Below are positions 62,611-64,000 of a stretch of DNA of 64,000 nt, piece after piece. Both the position numbers and the translations under genes were made by a program. The stretch is taken from assembly GCF_006345805.1 (NCBI RefSeq), contig NC_043006.1, positions 34,782,001 through 34,846,000 of the forward strand, in the 5' to 3' direction. This DNA is from Octopus sinensis. Its lineage: Eukaryota. The first letter of the stretch is position 1; each line of letters begins with the position of its first letter. Under the pieces are notes generated by a model that saw nothing but the letters and a program-made list of their open reading frames with translations, did no database searches and was not told the DNA's origin.

Positions 62611-63360
62611 CATTTCAGTCGAATTAGGTACTTATATTGAGGCACCAAGCCAGTTCAGTAGAGTCAGCGCAGCTCGAAGTTAGGGGAATAAAAATCAAAC
62701 GAGTAACAAGGATGTCCAGGTATCAGGGCATTACGGCCGTTTCAAGTGGTTCCAATTAATCGATCAATGAATACATTTCTTCAATTTGAAATAAACTGCA
62801 GGCAGACGACCATATAGATTTTGCCGCAAAAATAGCAAATTCATTTATATAATTATTTTAGTCTCTTGTATAAAAGAAATTTTGCTAAAAAAAATAATGA
62901 CTTATCCTTTATGTTGGAAGCCTATATGGTCGTTTGCACTGGAGGAGAGTGGTTTATTTCATATTGATGTAATGTTTTCATTGATCATTAAATAGAGCCG
63001 CTTGAAAGAGCCGGAATGCATCCTTGTTACTTATTTGCTATATGTATAGGGAATATAACTTTTATATGACTGAATGAATCGCTCACTGTTCAGTTACGTA
63101 TTTGGAGTTGACTGTAATTTACTTATTGAATTTATTTATTGATACGGCTGTACATAGGGTAAATGCGTTTGAAAGTTGTGGTTTCTTTGGTATGTTTGTT
63201 CCCAAACAACACTTACTTTTGTGTTGCTGACACCGCCGGATTGAATGGCATTGCCCAGGTGTCGAAACCATAATGATATCCGAGGTGCAGCTGATGATGG
63301 AGGTATGTTGAATTGTTGTATGGCTGTTTTGTATATGTGGAATATTATTACAACATATCC

Positions 63361-63445
<85 letters not shown>

Positions 63446-64000
63446 CAAACCACGTGTGTATATAGACAAAGTTACATTTATCTTTAGAGCGCCGAATGTG
63501 TACCGTACGATACAGACAGCAAGTTATATTTTCGAAAGCTGTATCGCCGTTAAAACGGCAGAAAAAATGGGCATAGGTACCCTTACAAGGCAAAATATAT
63601 GTATGTAAATAGCCATGGGAGTTGAACCCACATCCCCCAAGAGACTAGCTGAGTGCTTCATTAAGTTAAACTGCCTGCTGACAACAATCTTTGCTGATTT
63701 TAAGAGATTGCTTTTTGAAATGTAGCAACCGTGTGTGTATATAAACAAACTGACATTTGTTTTATAAGATGTGTCGAATGTCTATCGTACGATACTGAGG
63801 GAGAGGAAGAGAGAGAGATTACAATTTATTAATTGAGCACGATTTACATAAACACTTCCACTCTCTCCTCATACTCATAAAGAAGAATATGCTCACATAC
63901 ATAAAATATGAGAGAGGAGAGTGAATGAAAAAAGCATTAAAACGAAACACTAAAACATTTGATCTCAAATAAGTCAGCGTCGAATCAGCGACGCCAAATA

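Overview
Eukaryotic, AT-rich, microsatellite-saturated DNA with no host gene I can identify. Almost all ORF-track entries are translations of simple repeats. The SINE families and repeat load resemble an octopod (cephalopod) genome; this is inference from recall and needs a BLAST/Dfam check. Recognisable content is mobile DNA. (1) A same-orientation array of five 5'-truncated Tx1/L1-clade non-LTR retrotransposon pieces (37829-45206, minus strand), each embedded in (GATA)n with junctions in a common repeat register, which suggests a (TATC)n-targeting family. The largest copy has a CCHC-knuckle ORF1 remnant and a full-length EN-RT-zinc-finger ORF2; the frame breaks inspected are single-base losses. 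(2) A decayed CR1-like LINE (45790-49060, minus) whose ORF1 has Myb/SANT-like and CCCH-like motifs and whose 3' UTR shares a double hairpin with the tail of the dominant SINE. (3) Several Penelope-like elements and their tails, in direct and inverted repeat arrangements, carrying six type-I hammerhead ribozyme folds with canonical cores, plus a short dispersed family with variant hammerhead-like cores next to (TA)n. (4) An RTE LINE fragment, many tRNA-derived SINEs, hAT-, mariner- and Helitron-like remnants, palindromes, a minisatellite and a 100-N gap. A few splice-site-flanked micro-exon candidates hint, without proof, that the window is intronic.
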